From contig NC_087251.1 in NCBI RefSeq assembly GCF_037042905.1, forward strand, positions 13,332,001-13,396,000: a DNA stretch of 64,000 nucleotides. The letters are read 5' to 3'. This DNA comes from Lytechinus pictus (Eukaryota). This document shows positions 40,829 to 54,460 of the stretch, piece after piece (the first letter of the stretch is position 1; every line of letters starts with the position of its first letter). The notes beneath the pieces were generated by a model, which did not search any database, had not been told where the DNA came from, and saw only the letters and a list, made by a program, of their open reading frames with translations. The position numbers were made by a program, and so were the translations under genes.

Positions 40829-41462
40829 GAAGGAGACACCACACTCATTCTGCTAAAAGTAAGATGAAGTCCATCTAAACGCTGAGCCTAAATGAAATGG
40901 TATCTAGTGTGACCCAACCCTACGACTTAGCCCTTTTTGCCTTCAAACATCAGGGCTCTGTAACACAACCACTAGCAATCAATCACTAAATGGTGATGGC
41001 CAATCAAGATTATTGATCCATGTGCATTTTGTTCAAAACATTCAATCAGAAATGGGTTTACATATTTGCAATCTATCGCTAACCTTTGTGTTACAGGGGC
41101 CAGGACAAGGTCCGGTTAATAGAGCATGTTTATTGGGGTAAAGTAGCACCAGTGACCAATGTAATCAATTTGTAGCATGCTACCATGAATACGACTCTCT
41201 TGAGAGCATTGAGCAGGATGCCAGTCCTGTGTTGTAACTTCCCTGGTATACCTTTGGGCTTCTTATTTTTCGAGTTTTTACTTATTGTTGTCCTCCTTTT
41301 CATGTCATAAGAATTTCATATATACAAATGTATAATTTGATGTTTTAAATTGATTAACAAGATTGAAATGAATTTGAAATTGAATGAGGAGAAAATGAAT
41401 TGTAAACCCTGTATACAACTACCACTTTGAACAGCACCAGCTAAAGATCTAAACTACTCATA

Positions 41463-41862
41463 TGCCCAAATTCACAACGGTGGTTTTTAAAAACATCGGT
41501 TGAACTCATGGTTTATGCAGATTTCCTGTATAAATTACGCGTATATTAAAAAATGTCCAATGCTGATGCACGCTTTTGTCACAGTGCACCAAATCGACGC
41601 CTGTTGCCATGGTTAAGTACGCTATTTTATTCATGAGTCCACTGTTTGAAGAGTGGACTCATTAATTCAAAACAGTGAACTCGTGAATTAAATAGCGTGG
41701 ATAACCACGGCAACAGGCATCAACTTGGCGCACTGTGACAAAAGCGCGCATCAACATTGGACATTTTTTATACGCGGTAAATAAGCATAATTTATACAGG
41801 AATTCTGCATAAACCATGGGTTCAACTAATGGTTTTAAAAACCACCTTTGTGAGTTTGGGCC
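41463..41862. mobile_element. Nearly fully palindromic ~400-bp MITE
   Basis: gcccaaattcacaacggtggttttt ... aaaaaccacctttgtgagtttgggc; the arms pair over most of the length. Confidence 0.9.
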
Positions 41863-44044
41863 ATAATGTTCCTGCATTCTTACCTAGGTTGCAAACATTT
41901 TGATACGTAGTATTGTAATATATATATTCCTATAAAAAAAATCAGTAATTTTCTGCTTCTCCTGACAACAAGAATAAGCTTGCAAGTATTCCTTAGTTTT
42001 CAAGGACTGACTCAATGTCATAATCAATATTCACAGATTTCTTATTGTAATATTCCAAAAGGGTTAATTAAGGAGACAATGCACATCTGGGTTTGAATTT
42101 TTTCAAATTTTTTGTTTTCTATAATTTATATAAAATGACTAGATTCATATCTACTAAAGATGAGAGAATATTTATGAGAAAAAAGAAAAAGATAGAAAAG
42201 GTCTTATCTATTCCCACACCCTGAACCATAATTGTATAAGAATGTCCAGTGAATAGCAGACGTTACATCCATTACTAAATAAAACTGGACCATCTTTGGC
42301 CTTGTCCTAATGAACATGTGCTGTACGATATATAATCTAATGGAATGATTTTTTTTGGAGAGCACTCATTTATGTGGACACTATTAGGTGTATGACATCA
42401 CAAAGAAAAGGGAATAGCTTATTGTGATGTCATTAGTTTGTGTGACATTATAAATTGTAGCAAGGCCATACACAAAAAAAATTCCGGGAGAGGGGGAGGG
42501 GGCATTACGCGTTAAAAATTTCAATTTTTTTTTTTGTAACTGAAATTGAAGGATTTTGTGCACACTTTGGTGAATTTTGTGAAAATTTTTTGTTTGTGAG
42601 GTTACTGATGCAAATATTGATGATATTTATCAGTATCAATTTATTTATTGTTTTATTCAAAGTTTATGTATGTTTCTATTTTGTGGAAGTTGCCACAAGT
42701 CAAGGGTAACGGGAAAAAGCCTCCAGGCTACAGCAACTAATTCAACTTTTCAGGCAACTTGGACTTGTATCGCAAACATCCTTTCATTTCCTGTTTGTAT
42801 ATTTTCTTGAAAATTGCTTTTACTGAAATATCATTGAAACAATAGTACTAATAGTAATCACTAATCAGTAGAGTTGTTTTAAAGGAGACACCAATCTGAC
42901 ACTAAAAAAATGGTTTGGAATTATTGCAGTATTTCTAAGCCGACAATTACCAAAATGGTAATTTATAATTCTCTTCAAAAATACAATAGTAAAATTTATT
43001 TCTACAGTGCTCAGATGCTACGGCTTACAATTGCCATAGAAGATAAAATTGTTTCCTGATAAAAGGGGATCCATTTTCTAAAAGAAAGATAGTTGTTATA
43101 TAATAAATGCAACTCAAGTAATGAATACAGTACTTGTGAATACTACAATTTCAATTTTTAATTGTTTAAAGTGTTTCCATATTTTGCTCCCAATTTAAAT
43201 TGAAGTGGATTTATAAGGTATACACACCCATCATAAACCATGAATGAAAAACGTTTGAAAATGTCATTAAAAAAATCATAAATCTATTCACTTGAAGTGC
43301 ACACCACCTACAATTCCCTGAAAGTGCAAATTGAAATTATATAGCTCAGTCGAGAGGAAAACATGCATTGCAAAACTATACTCATTAAACTGGAGTTGAA
43401 TTGTGAAGATTTAACCAAAATCAATTCATTTTAACAACTTAGTCACTTGCACCAGAAGATTGGCTAGGACAATGACAGCAGTATAATTATGTAACATTAC
43501 ATTATCAAAACTAATACAATGCTACACAACACCTGCAGAAAGAACACTGGAAAGAAAGGAGTGCTCTCCACAAAAGAAAAGCATAATACGAAAAAATAAA
43601 CTGCATAACTCAGATAGAGAAAATCATTGGTTTTTATGTCATGAGTAACATGGGAGAAATAACTCAATGTAACTCAGTGATTCACAGAAAATAATAGAAG
43701 TACTTCTCTCTCAAAAAAAATAAAAATAAATGCAATTCTTTTCAGGTCTAGAATGAGAGGCATTAGCTAACATGTTCAAAAGAAAGTAAAACCCTACCTG
43801 TTTTTGAAAGAGATATTATTATTAATGATATTTTGAAAACTTATCAAGAAAATTCACTGAAAATTTAATCTGAGAACATAACGTACATGTATTAGACACA
43901 CAAATTTCCCCATTCGTGATGCAATTATTCTTTTGAAAAGAATTGAATTACAAACACAAAATTATATCATTTATCAGATCATATAGCCCTTAATGTGATT
44001 TCATCTAATGAGAATAAGAAGTGAAAAAAATTCCTTTCCTTGAT

Positions 44045-44320
44045 GGAGCGTTGTGGCCCAGTGGATTAGTCTTCGGACTTTGAAACAGAGGGTCGTGGGT
44101 TCGAATCCCAGCCATGGCGTAATTTCCTTCGGCAAGAAACTGATCCACAATGTGCTGCACTCAACCCAGGTGAGGTAAATGGGTACCGGTAGGAAGTAAT
44201 TCCTTAAAAAGCTGTGTGCGCTATGAACGCCTAGCTTAGCCGGGTAATATAGGAGCGCCTTGAGCACCTAACAAGGTGGATATGTGCGCAATATATATAC
44301 CCTATATTATTATTATATTA
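44045..44320 (+). mobile_element. tRNA-derived SINE, well preserved
   Basis: Box A tggcccagtgg, box B ggttcgaatcc, conserved central domain, and a (tat)n tail. Confidence 0.92.
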
Positions 44321-44825
44321 TGATACATGATAATATTTTAATTCTGATTTCCATTTGATCGATCACCTAATGCCCTTGATGTGATTGTTCATATCATCAG
44401 GTTTATTATCACATATTTTGGGTTTGTTTTATGGGGGTTTTTTTATTCAACAAAGCATAATGTCAGAAAATCTTTGAATAAATACCATTATGAAATCTGC
44501 TATATCATTAAGATTTTTTTTTTAATTCAAATAAAATTCCTGTGATTATACCTTTACATTTATCATCATATTCACGAGTTGTTTTTCCCGTATTCTCACA
44601 ATATTTCTTTTGTACCATGGTTCAAAATTATGGATTATGCATATTTAGGAAGATAATGGAAGGGAGCATTTATAATTGGACTTTTCTTAGTGTTAATTGT
44701 GATGAAATAAGCAAACTCATCTTTACTAATTCTGCCCAGAGCATGCTTTTTGTACCAAGGGCCATTCAAAATCTCTTTTGAGAATACTGTCCTTTGTTTA
44801 TAAAAGCAATTCCCTAATGTCACTT

Positions 44826-45278
44826 TTACCGTGTTTACACTTAATCGGCATTTGAATCGGCTCGCGGTTCTGAACCGCGAGCCGATTCAGCATCGGCTTT
44901 TTCATAGCATGTAAACGCGAGCAACTTGAATCGGCTCGCGGTTCAGAACCGGCAATTTGCACCACCAAAGTAGTAGGTTCTGAACCGCGAGCCGATGCAT
45001 AATCGGCTTTTTTACTACGTGTAAACAGAAAGCCGATTCTGCACCGGCAATTTGTGCGCATTTCAATTACTTTACCATTGTGACGTAATTGTAAGCGCAC
45101 TGATCCAGAGTTGTCTTTATTATGACGTATATTGTAGGTATGCGTATCATTTCAGGTTTTTGCATCGGCTCGCGGTTCTGAACCGCGAGCTGTAACAAAG
45201 TGTAAACGCAATCCAAATGCCGATTCTGCATCGGCATTTGGTTCAGAACCAATTGCCGATTAAGTGTAAACACGGTAA
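44826..45278. mobile_element. Young palindromic MITE (Harbinger-like)
   Basis: Perfect TIR ttaccgtgtttacacttaatcggca / tgccgattaagtgtaaacacggtaa, with several internal ggctcgcggttc(a/t)gaacc hairpins. Confidence 0.92.
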
Positions 45279-45715
45279 TTAATGTCATTTCCACCAGTCA
45301 AATATTATCTTGAACTGTTTTTTTATTTTATATTAACCAAGCAGCTATATAGTAAAGGATGAAGCCATAATGGTACAAGTAAATTCCACCAGGCAAGCTG
45401 GGGTCACGATTACATCGTTATTGATTACACTGCAACCCCTTATGTAATCAAATTAATAAAACCCGCTGACTGGTAGGATATATCTTGAACAGTCTGCAAA
45501 ACGAAAGGGGGTAGCCAAAACTGGGACTTGGAAAATCGATGCTAATTTGACGGTGATTGCCCTGGTATGGGACAACTGAGACCAATCAAAATCAACACTC
45601 CACAGCTGAAGGGGACTCCCATCTGCTACTGTAGTGTCAACAAATTTTCGAGGATAGAAATGCAAGCATAATTTCAGGGATAAACTATTTCACTGCTTAC
45701 CTTGAACACAGTGTT

Positions 45716-46395
45716 CATATATTGTCAATGATTTCACAATCTGCCTCAAACCTCGGCTAGTCTCCAAAACATAATTACGAGATAATCGCATTCAAAGTTT
45801 GGATGTTTTCAGACACTCATAACTTCACACTTTGAAAGAAACCACATGAGTTATTTATACCAATTTAAAGCATACATTCTATTCTTTTGTAATATACAAT
45901 TTTTTGTCCGCAATTTGTATTTATTCTTTCAATATTTGAAATGAAGCGCATGTATGCATTCAGAGGCTGCCGCATTTAACCAAAAACGGGATTTGAACCA
46001 GTTCATAAAATCACGTGCACCATGCAAAATGTTTTTTAGCGGCACAAAAATCATTCATGCCATGCATTTTTTTTTTGAGGCACAAACCTGCACCAACCAC
46101 ATACACGCTGCATACGTGCAGCATCTAGGTCAGGTCTTTGACCCGTGCGCACCATTCCAGAGACTTTATAGTATACAAAGAAGGGTTTGAGCCAGTTCAT
46201 AAAATCAAAGGGGGGGGTTAAGCCGGTTCATAAAAATATTAAATATGCCCTTATTTTTTCAATAATAATTTTGATCTGAAATTTGGCGAATCAATTGAGT
46301 AAATCACAGGCTTTCAGAATATGCAAACAAATAAATTTCAAAAATTTGACCCAGAAATTAGGTTTGTGCCGGTTCGTAAAATCTCTGACGATATG
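45716..46395. mobile_element. Non-autonomous TIR element (CATATYGTCA termini), unclassified
   Basis: catattgtcaatgattt...caaacct / aggtttg...aaatctctgacgatatg, with internal cc(a/g)gttcataaaa three times. Confidence 0.65.
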
Positions 46396-47263
46396 CCCTG
46401 GTCATATTTTTTTTGCCACAAGATACATAGTATTTCCAAATTCTATGGAACAATTCAATGACATTTCTGTTTACATAAATACCAGTTCACACAATCAACA
46501 TTCCACACACTGACTAATACACTATAAGTGAAAAGATCATCACATGAACATCTAATTATAACTTTGAATAAAAATGAAATGAAAAACCAATTCAGCTCAT
46601 TACATGATTACTTATTACATATTTCATAAAAGATTGGTTTTGTATCATTTTGAACCAAACAAAGATGAACAGTGTTGTCTTTCCCCAAAATATTAAATTA
46701 CCCAAAATAGGAGACCCAACCCCCAAACCATTAACTGCATCAAGTAGTGTTTACTATTTGGTTAGGAGACAACTACCATTGAGCTCCTGCAAAGAAACTA
46801 CCATCATCACACAGATGAATATTCTTTACATAAGTAAATGTAGGGTATCACCAACTGCTCTATAGAAGCATTTATGGTATGCTATACAAACAACAAGATT
46901 GTAAGCAACTGGACATGAGCCTTCAGCATAGGCATGCACGATTAACAGTGACAACTTGGCATACAGCGTCTCTACGAGGGATCAACTCCTGCGCATTTGA
47001 TACAATGGCGCTGCTTTATAAGATCAATCTTCTTGTCGCCATTCTATACAGCCTCATCTAAATGCAAAGAAGCAAGCAAACAGCCATGGACTTATTCATA
47101 AGAAAAGCACCAAGAATCATTGGAAACTGGACATGACAATTCAGACGAGGAATGACAGATCATAACTGACATCTCGCACTAGAGGGCTAACTGCAAGGGA
47201 TCAACTCGTAAAGGCAATTACTAAATGCAATCAGAGGATATAGGGATCATCTTGAAAGCATTA

Positions 47264-47294
<31 letters not shown>

Positions 47295-48233
47295 CTGCAA
47301 GATGACTAAAAAGGGATGCACAGATTACAATCTGAAAGATCAAAATCAGAGTTATCTTCCAGACAACTCTAAATGGAAAAACAAAAGGTGCCTTGATGAT
47401 ATTGGAAGGCAATTATCAATTTTATGTTTGGCAACTTATGGATCATGTATAGGGGGGGGGGCTTCAAATTGAGGCTGAGGGTCCATGGCCTTTCAAATGC
47501 TAGACTCTGCAAACCATAACATAATCATAATAAATATAGGAAAGAAAAAAATTGCTAATAGACTGACATGGGTGGGTAATAAGGCCTTTTTTTCATAAAA
47601 TTTCAGGATTTATAGGCATCGATAAAATTCATAATTCGTGCTTTTATTGCCATATTGTAACATAATTATGTTTTAAATGGGGAAAGTGCAATCTTAACAA
47701 ATATTTCTATCTCTCAGAAACACAAAGAAATTATAGAACACCACTGATGATAAACTGATTCCTGCAAAAATCCCTACATCTTTACATTTTGATCACAAAC
47801 TCACTGATATGATAGTTTGTCTGATCACTGAAGAAATCACCCCATTGCTTCTGTACAGAAACATTCTGAGAGATCTGTTGTCATAATACAACCAATTCTT
47901 CGAGCTGTCACACAAACAGCAAAAACAGTTGCAGACAATCAAGAAGATTAGGTTATGAACTACAGACAGATACAAGTGCTATCTGTCAATCAATCTTGGA
48001 ATGCATACCAGCAAGACCAAAAGAGTGTTCACATCTGTCCTAACTGGAAAAAACCTGGTAATATCTAATCAGGTATTCTTCCTGAACAGATAATATCAGG
48101 AATTCAGCTTGCATGAAAGCAAAGAACTAATGGTATGTCTAAATGAAAGTACCTGTAAATTTAACAATACTTTCCAACATAAACACAATTTACTTTAATG
48201 TCGAAAGGATATTTCAGTATGGAAGCAAATTAC

Positions 48234-48918
48234 AACAAGTTGAGCCCCTCTAGCAGTCTCGCCTGCATTACGCAATTCAATATAGCAGCAGTGCTGACTT
48301 TGAAAACACTATTCATATGATGAAATACTACGTTCATTGATCCTAAATGATATTTGACCCTGATAATGTGACCTAAGACTTGTGCAAGATGATCAGTGAT
48401 ATTTGATTATTCTTATGTCCAAGTTTCATGAACTAGATCCATAAACTATCAAAGTTATGTTGGCAATTCAACAAATACCCGCAACATGGCCAAAGTTCAT
48501 TGACCCTTAATGACCTTTGACCTTGGCTGTGTGACCTGAAACTCAAGAAGGATGTTTTGTTATGCTTGATTACCCCTATGTCTAAGTTTCATAAACTAGA
48601 TTCATATACTTTCTAAGTTATGATGAAATTTCAAAAAATTAACCTTGTGTCAAGATTTCAATGTTGATACCCTCAACATGGCCAAAGTTCATTGACCCTA
48701 AATGACCTTTGACCTTGATCATGTGACCTGAAACTCAGGCAGGATGTTCAGTAATACTTGATTACCTTTATGTCCAAGTTTTAAAACTAGGTCTATTTAC
48801 TTTCTAAGTTATGATGACATTTAAAAAACTTAACCTTAGGTTAAGATTTCAATGTTGACGAGGCCGCCGCAACCGCTGCAGTCGGAAAAGTCTCACAATG
48901 CTACGCAGGTGAGACAAA
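48234..48918. mobile_element. Helentron/HINE-like element with ~192-bp internal tandem units
   Basis: Starts aacaag..gtctcgcctgc. Units caacatggccaaagttcattgaccc...tgacctttgacctt at 48482 and 48674. Ends gtctc...gcaggtgagacaaa. Confidence 0.8.
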
Positions 48919-49960
48919 GACTTCAAACGAACATGTTAGTGTTGTCGAACGATCACAAACTATAAGAATTTAATAAGTTATTTCCAAGCATTTTGAGCCC
49001 TCAACAAGTACTTGTAATTTCACAGAAATTTTCCCTGATTGGATGTGTGTGAATACATCTCAAGAGGAAAGCAAGTTAAATTGAAATCATTGAGTGTCCA
49101 TCTACACTCCATCTTGCCCATTTCATCCATCATGACGTCAATTATTTCTAGATTGAGTTGGATCTGTTTGGATTAAAATTATTCCATTAACAGATCGATG
49201 TATTTTGTGTGCTGCAGTACCCATCTATAATTCAACATATTTTAAAAAATCCCATAAAAAACAATAAAAACCGTTGGTATGCACTCCGGTAATTGAACTG
49301 AATCATTCATTTGCTTGAAAATCGAGACCAAAATGAAAAAGTCTTAAAATTAAAATTCAGATCAATATCTATCCATATATTGCTGCTTGCAGTGTAATTA
49401 TTTTACATTTACTGACACAGCACTGTTTCAATAATACATTTAAATCCAGAAATGTACTCCATGCACATATTTTCTACATAAAAACTGTTGAATAGAAATT
49501 AGCTGAAAATAAATTGACTTCATGATCACAATAAATAGTCTCTGAAAATAAATATTCTACAAACTGATCTCTAGCTTATTAACACAATGATTTTATGAGT
49601 GTGGGTGTTTTCATGATTGGGTGTTTTTATCTGTCAATAAAAGATCATATCTTCCTTTCTTTATTGCTTAACAATTTTACCACTTCATGTCTAGTGGATT
49701 GGATTCTGTTTTTTTTTCTCTTTTTTACTTACATTGGTATGTACTTGATTTATCCAATGTGTACATATTTCATACTTGCACTGGTATTTCTCTCTGTGGG
49801 TTTGCAGTTTAATTCATTTTCTGCCTTTTTCTTTAAGTTTCCAAAGCAATCGACAGATGTCCAAACTTTTTGTAATATCCTTTTTTCATGCATTATTTGT
49901 TAAGTTATTCATCAAATTTTATTATCACTACCTGTTTCTGGCATCAAAGAGGTTAATTTC

Positions 49961-49992
<32 letters not shown>

Positions 49993-50104
49993 GGGGGGGG
50001 GGGGCTAAATCTATTTGCTTTTAAAAATAATATCAACATATGTACTTAGTGTACTTAGTATGTTATGTGCACATTTTTATGTATCTTGCATACATTTCTT
50101 TTGG

Positions 50105-51170
50105 ATCTGCTCTGAACTGAAATGAACTCAGATTTCATTGAGTCAACATTCGTTAGCTTCTGAATGACATGAGCTCTGCTGAACTTATCTTCAATTCACT
50201 TTACAAAAGCTTATATCTGTCTGCTTCAAAATCAAGTAAGCTGTACTGCAGCGACTACATTTGACACTGATCTAATGTCTTTCTGCAAGTGAATGAATTG
50301 AGCTATCCTGAACTGAGTTAACTCGTAAACATTGGGCTAACGTCTTTCTGCTTCTGAATGAAATGAGCTGTGCAGGACTGCACTGAACTTATTTTACACT
50401 TAGTTAACAACAAATAGCTCCTGAATAAAATGAACTGCACTGAAGTGGCCTCATTTTACTCTTGAGGTAACATCTTTATGCTTCTGAACTGAGCTACTGT
50501 GAACTTTAGAACTCATTTAACATTGAGCTGAGTTTTTTCTTCTACTGAATGAAAAGAGCTGAACTTAATGAAGTTAAACTCACACAACATTGGGCAGATG
50601 TCTTTCTGTTTCTGAATGATACAAGTGGCACTGAACTAAATAAACTCATGTAGGATTGAGCTAACACCTTTCTTCATCTAAATGGAATGAACTGTGCTGA
50701 ATTGGATGAAACTGAACTCATTTAACACTGAACTGATTTTTCTTCTTCTGAATGAATGAAATGGGCTGCATTGAACTGAATTACATTAAAGGCCTGGTCC
50801 CACTGGCCGATGGACAAAAAACATATAACGGATACAGCGGACAAGCAAAATTTTGGGGTGGCTCCAACTGTTTTCATCCGCTCCAGACAATGGACAAAAT
50901 GGGTGAACAATGAAAATACAATGGACTGATGCTCGATGGATATAAAGCATATGAAACACGTATGTAAAGAGTACACAACGGATACATAAAGTTTTCAAAT
51001 GGATGGCAAGATTCTTTTCCGTTTTACATCCTCTCTGCATCCGTAAGTGTAGTGGGACTGGGCCTTAAGGAGCATTGAGACAAGATCTTTCTGCTTCTGA
51101 ATAAAACAAGCTGAACTGAACTCAATTCATTCTTCAACGTGCTAATCAATGTCTTTCTGCTTCTGAATTG
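50105..51170. repeat. Degenerate ~65-70-bp tandem array interrupted by a MITE
   Basis: Recurrent gaactgaact / acattgagct / tctttctgcttctgaatgaa. Confidence 0.75.
50790..51065. mobile_element. PIF/Harbinger-like MITE
   Basis: taa|aggcctggtcccact ... agtgggactgggcct|taa. Confidence 0.85.
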
Positions 51171-51808
51171 ATGGTATGATTTGGAAGGGTAACCCAGACA
51201 TTGCAAAGTTCAATAAAAGAATCCAGTTTCACTTCAGTCTGGAGCAGTATACATGTATGGATATAGCAAGGTCAAAGATATCGGGTATCAAGTATGCATG
51301 CCTGGTATTCTAAATCAGGCTGTTCGATCCTTCTCGCATGCTCTTTATACAATAAGTATGGGTACTTGTGATGCGGGGTGCGTAGGTATTTGGATATTCA
51401 ACGCAGTCAGCATGGGTAATTGTGTTGGTAGATATGCATGAGTGATGGTGATGCTTTCTTTATACTTGTAGGGAATAGTAGAATGAAAATAACAAGTGTA
51501 ACCCTAGGCTACATTGCACGTAAATCACACATCTGAATTGTATATCACATTATTGACAAACACAATCATATTCTTTAATTTGATGAAAATAATAAACCAT
51601 TATAATTTGTGCATTAAGAGGTATGTAGATGTTTGTAAGACTGTGGTTTTTAAAGTTGTTGTAATATTCTTCATTGATTGAAATCATCCACTTGAAGAAT
51701 GAATTATAATTTCATATAATTTATTTGTTTCAATAACTCAAGAAAACTATCTGTTTTAATTCATAAAAAAAAAACCTGAAGGGAATCATATGTTGTTTTC
51801 CATCTCAC

Positions 51809-51937
51809 CTGTGTTAAAAAGCACAGAATGTCCAGTCTTGTTTGTCTTCTTCTGTTTCTTCTTCTGCAATTTCTTCTTTGCCCTGGGGCCTATTTTGTTG
51901 TCTGCCTTTGGCGCCTCCTTTGCTGCTACAGGCGCTC
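51809..51937 (-). CDS. Candidate alternatively spliced NCX cassette exon (Lys-rich insert in CBD2 FG loop)
   Basis: aaaag|GA...ACAG|gtgaga, 129 nt, phase 1-1, open in the NCX frame: GAPVAAKEAPKADNKIGPRAKKKLQKKKQKKTNKTGHSVLFNT. In-frame tag|CAG| acceptors also start at 51925 and 51922. The acceptor pyrimidine tract is weak and there is no homology support. Confidence 0.45.
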
Positions 51938-54234
51938 CTTTTGTGTTCAAGAATCAGGTTCACACATCATAAAAATGCAGTGTTTTGTATTCAAGCAATA
52001 CATGTACGTATGTATGTGTTTAAATTTAGTGAACACCACCATGAAGATAAATACATGTAGATGTGTTGATGAAATTATGTTGTTAATTTCCTCCACCACC
52101 TCAAAAAATGAGTGATTTAGCTTAAACCTACATTATATTATGAGTTATTGAGAGCAAGCTCAGTTTCAGATGTGTTCATATTTATTTGTTATAAAAAGCT
52201 TGAAACAAATGAAGTCACAGATGCATTCAAAATTGATATATTGGTAGAATAGATCAGTTTTGAACATATTTTTTGTTAGTTCTAATAACCGTTTTTTGAA
52301 AAGATTTCGGATTCCTATTGAATTGACTCTGACACCATTTAATGAAAAATGTTGGAATCGGTTGTGAACTCACTGAAAAACTTCACTTCGACCAATTTTC
52401 AAAGTTTTAATCACGTTTTGTATTAGTTTTCCCTCACCATCACATGATTAAATAGAGCTAAAGATCTACAGAGATGAATAACGAATGAGAAATAATATTC
52501 AATTAATTTAAATGTATTATAATGATTAAACTAAATGACTGCAATAATGTTGAGAAAAATGCAAAAGGAACATACGTAGTTCTCCATCACCTTAGTCATG
52601 AAGAATGAAGATTAATATTTCAGGATGTGAAAACTATCTGCCCTTTCTATGCACGCAATTACCATCACTCTTTATTTCTTCTTTCTCATTCCCATTCACT
52701 CCCTCTCCTCTATCTTTCTTGCCCTCTCTCTGTTTATTGTATGTATGTCTCTATCTAAAACACACACCCTCTCTCTCTCTCTCTCTCCCTCCTCCCCCCC
52801 CCCCCCTCTCTAGCTAGTAGCGACTAACTTTTCTTCTCTATAAGCTATCTTTGGATAAGGTAGTAATGCAAAGATAAACATGATTTTCTTCCTCCTTTGT
52901 GATTTTCATAAAAAATGGAATTTCAAAGACCATAACTAATATATTTTATAACCTAAAAAACAACACCACCCCCCCCCCAAAAAAAAATGTAAAAGAAAAA
53001 CAGATTCTATGTAATTTTTCCCCTTTAAATCAATGGTTGTGTGACCATGTTCCTTTTAAATTTGGCATTGGCCATGTACCACATACAGCATTGCATATTG
53101 AAAAAAAATGTGCAAAACATGACCATAATTGCAAGATGATACAGTAATGGATTTGCCCTAAGGAATTTTTGAATAAAAATTTGTTTTCCACTACATGGTG
53201 AAGAAATTCAGAGAGAATGCACTTTGATAAAACAGAAAGCTTTCAGAAGCTTTAGATTAAATCAACAGCATGAAATAAAGCTTACTTATCCATTAAGAGG
53301 AACAAATATATTGAATACAGGATACCAAATGTCAATTTTAAAATGATAATTCTGGCAAACATATCAGATTAAACACAGTCAGCTGCACACTGTAACATTT
53401 TTATTTTGAACAATAGTTTAAACCAACAGATAGATTTTCTCATGTCCACCAATTCCTTGATTTTTCTACACTTACTGCCAAGATGGGTAACATCAAACTA
53501 TAACAGTGCCTCAAATTTTTATGCAAAATCAATTTTGATAATACCCAGCGTTGCATGTACACTAGGGGCTGATCCAGGAATTACCGGGGGGGGGGGGGGG
53601 CAGTGATGCATTTTTTTTTAGAGAGATATGCCCTGGGGGCCCCATTGCATAAAAGATACTATTATGGTAGCATTACCTTCCAATGGTAACTACATTCATG
53701 GCAGCATGACCCAATCAAAATCAAGAATTTCATGAAAGATACCATTGGATGGCAAAGGTTACTTTTTAGGGGACAACACTGAAGGGCCTACATATCAAAC
53801 TCTCTTTACAATTCTTTTTTTTTACAATTAAATGCAAGACTTGTGATTGATTTGGGAGCCTAAACTTGACTTGCAATGGATTGCATATTTCTTGCAACAT
53901 ACCCCTAGTGTAGTCCATCTCTATCCGTCTACAAATTTGAGAAGACAAACCTGCCATGCATGATGGTGGCAAAGTAGAGCTGAGGCTGCAAAGGGAATTT
54001 CTACATCTCTTCTTCAATGCATCAACACCACATTACCTTGTTAAAAAAAACTTTCTAATTTTCATCTCATAGAATATTACATTTTTTTGGTGCTGTTGTG
54101 CTTTCAAGTATGACAATGACTGTAAAACGGAAATTTGATATTTTCATAATGGGATCTTACACTCCATTAAATATTTAATTCTTCATATAGGGCATATATA
54201 TTTTATGAAAACTATTCAGTATTATGCAAGTTAA

Positions 54235-54460
54235 ACAATATTATCATGGTGTATACCAGTCCTATTATAATTATTATCATCACTGTGATTAGTGCCATTA
54301 TTATCATATCTTCATTATCATTTTCATAAATTATCAACCCCATCATCATCAGCTTCATCATCATCATCTTCCTGCTCCTCCTCCTCCTTGTCATCATCAT
54401 CAATGCATCATCCTTTCCTTCCCCTAATAATGAACTTAATTATCATAATCATCACCACCA
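54235..54460. repeat. (ATC/ATT)n low-complexity tract
   Basis: Degenerate trinucleotide microsatellite. Confidence 0.8.

Noticed and set aside
44045..44116. tRNA gene
   Set aside because: A/B boxes are present, but they run into a SINE body and (tat)n tail, with diverged copies elsewhere in the window.
45701..45738. Phase 1-0 exon candidate (DCEIIDNMNTVFK) ending TTCAAG|gtaagc, mimicking exon 23109
   Set aside because: Its acceptor and most of its body lie in the TIR of a transposon, there is no pyrimidine tract, and it is too short to replace the conserved exon.
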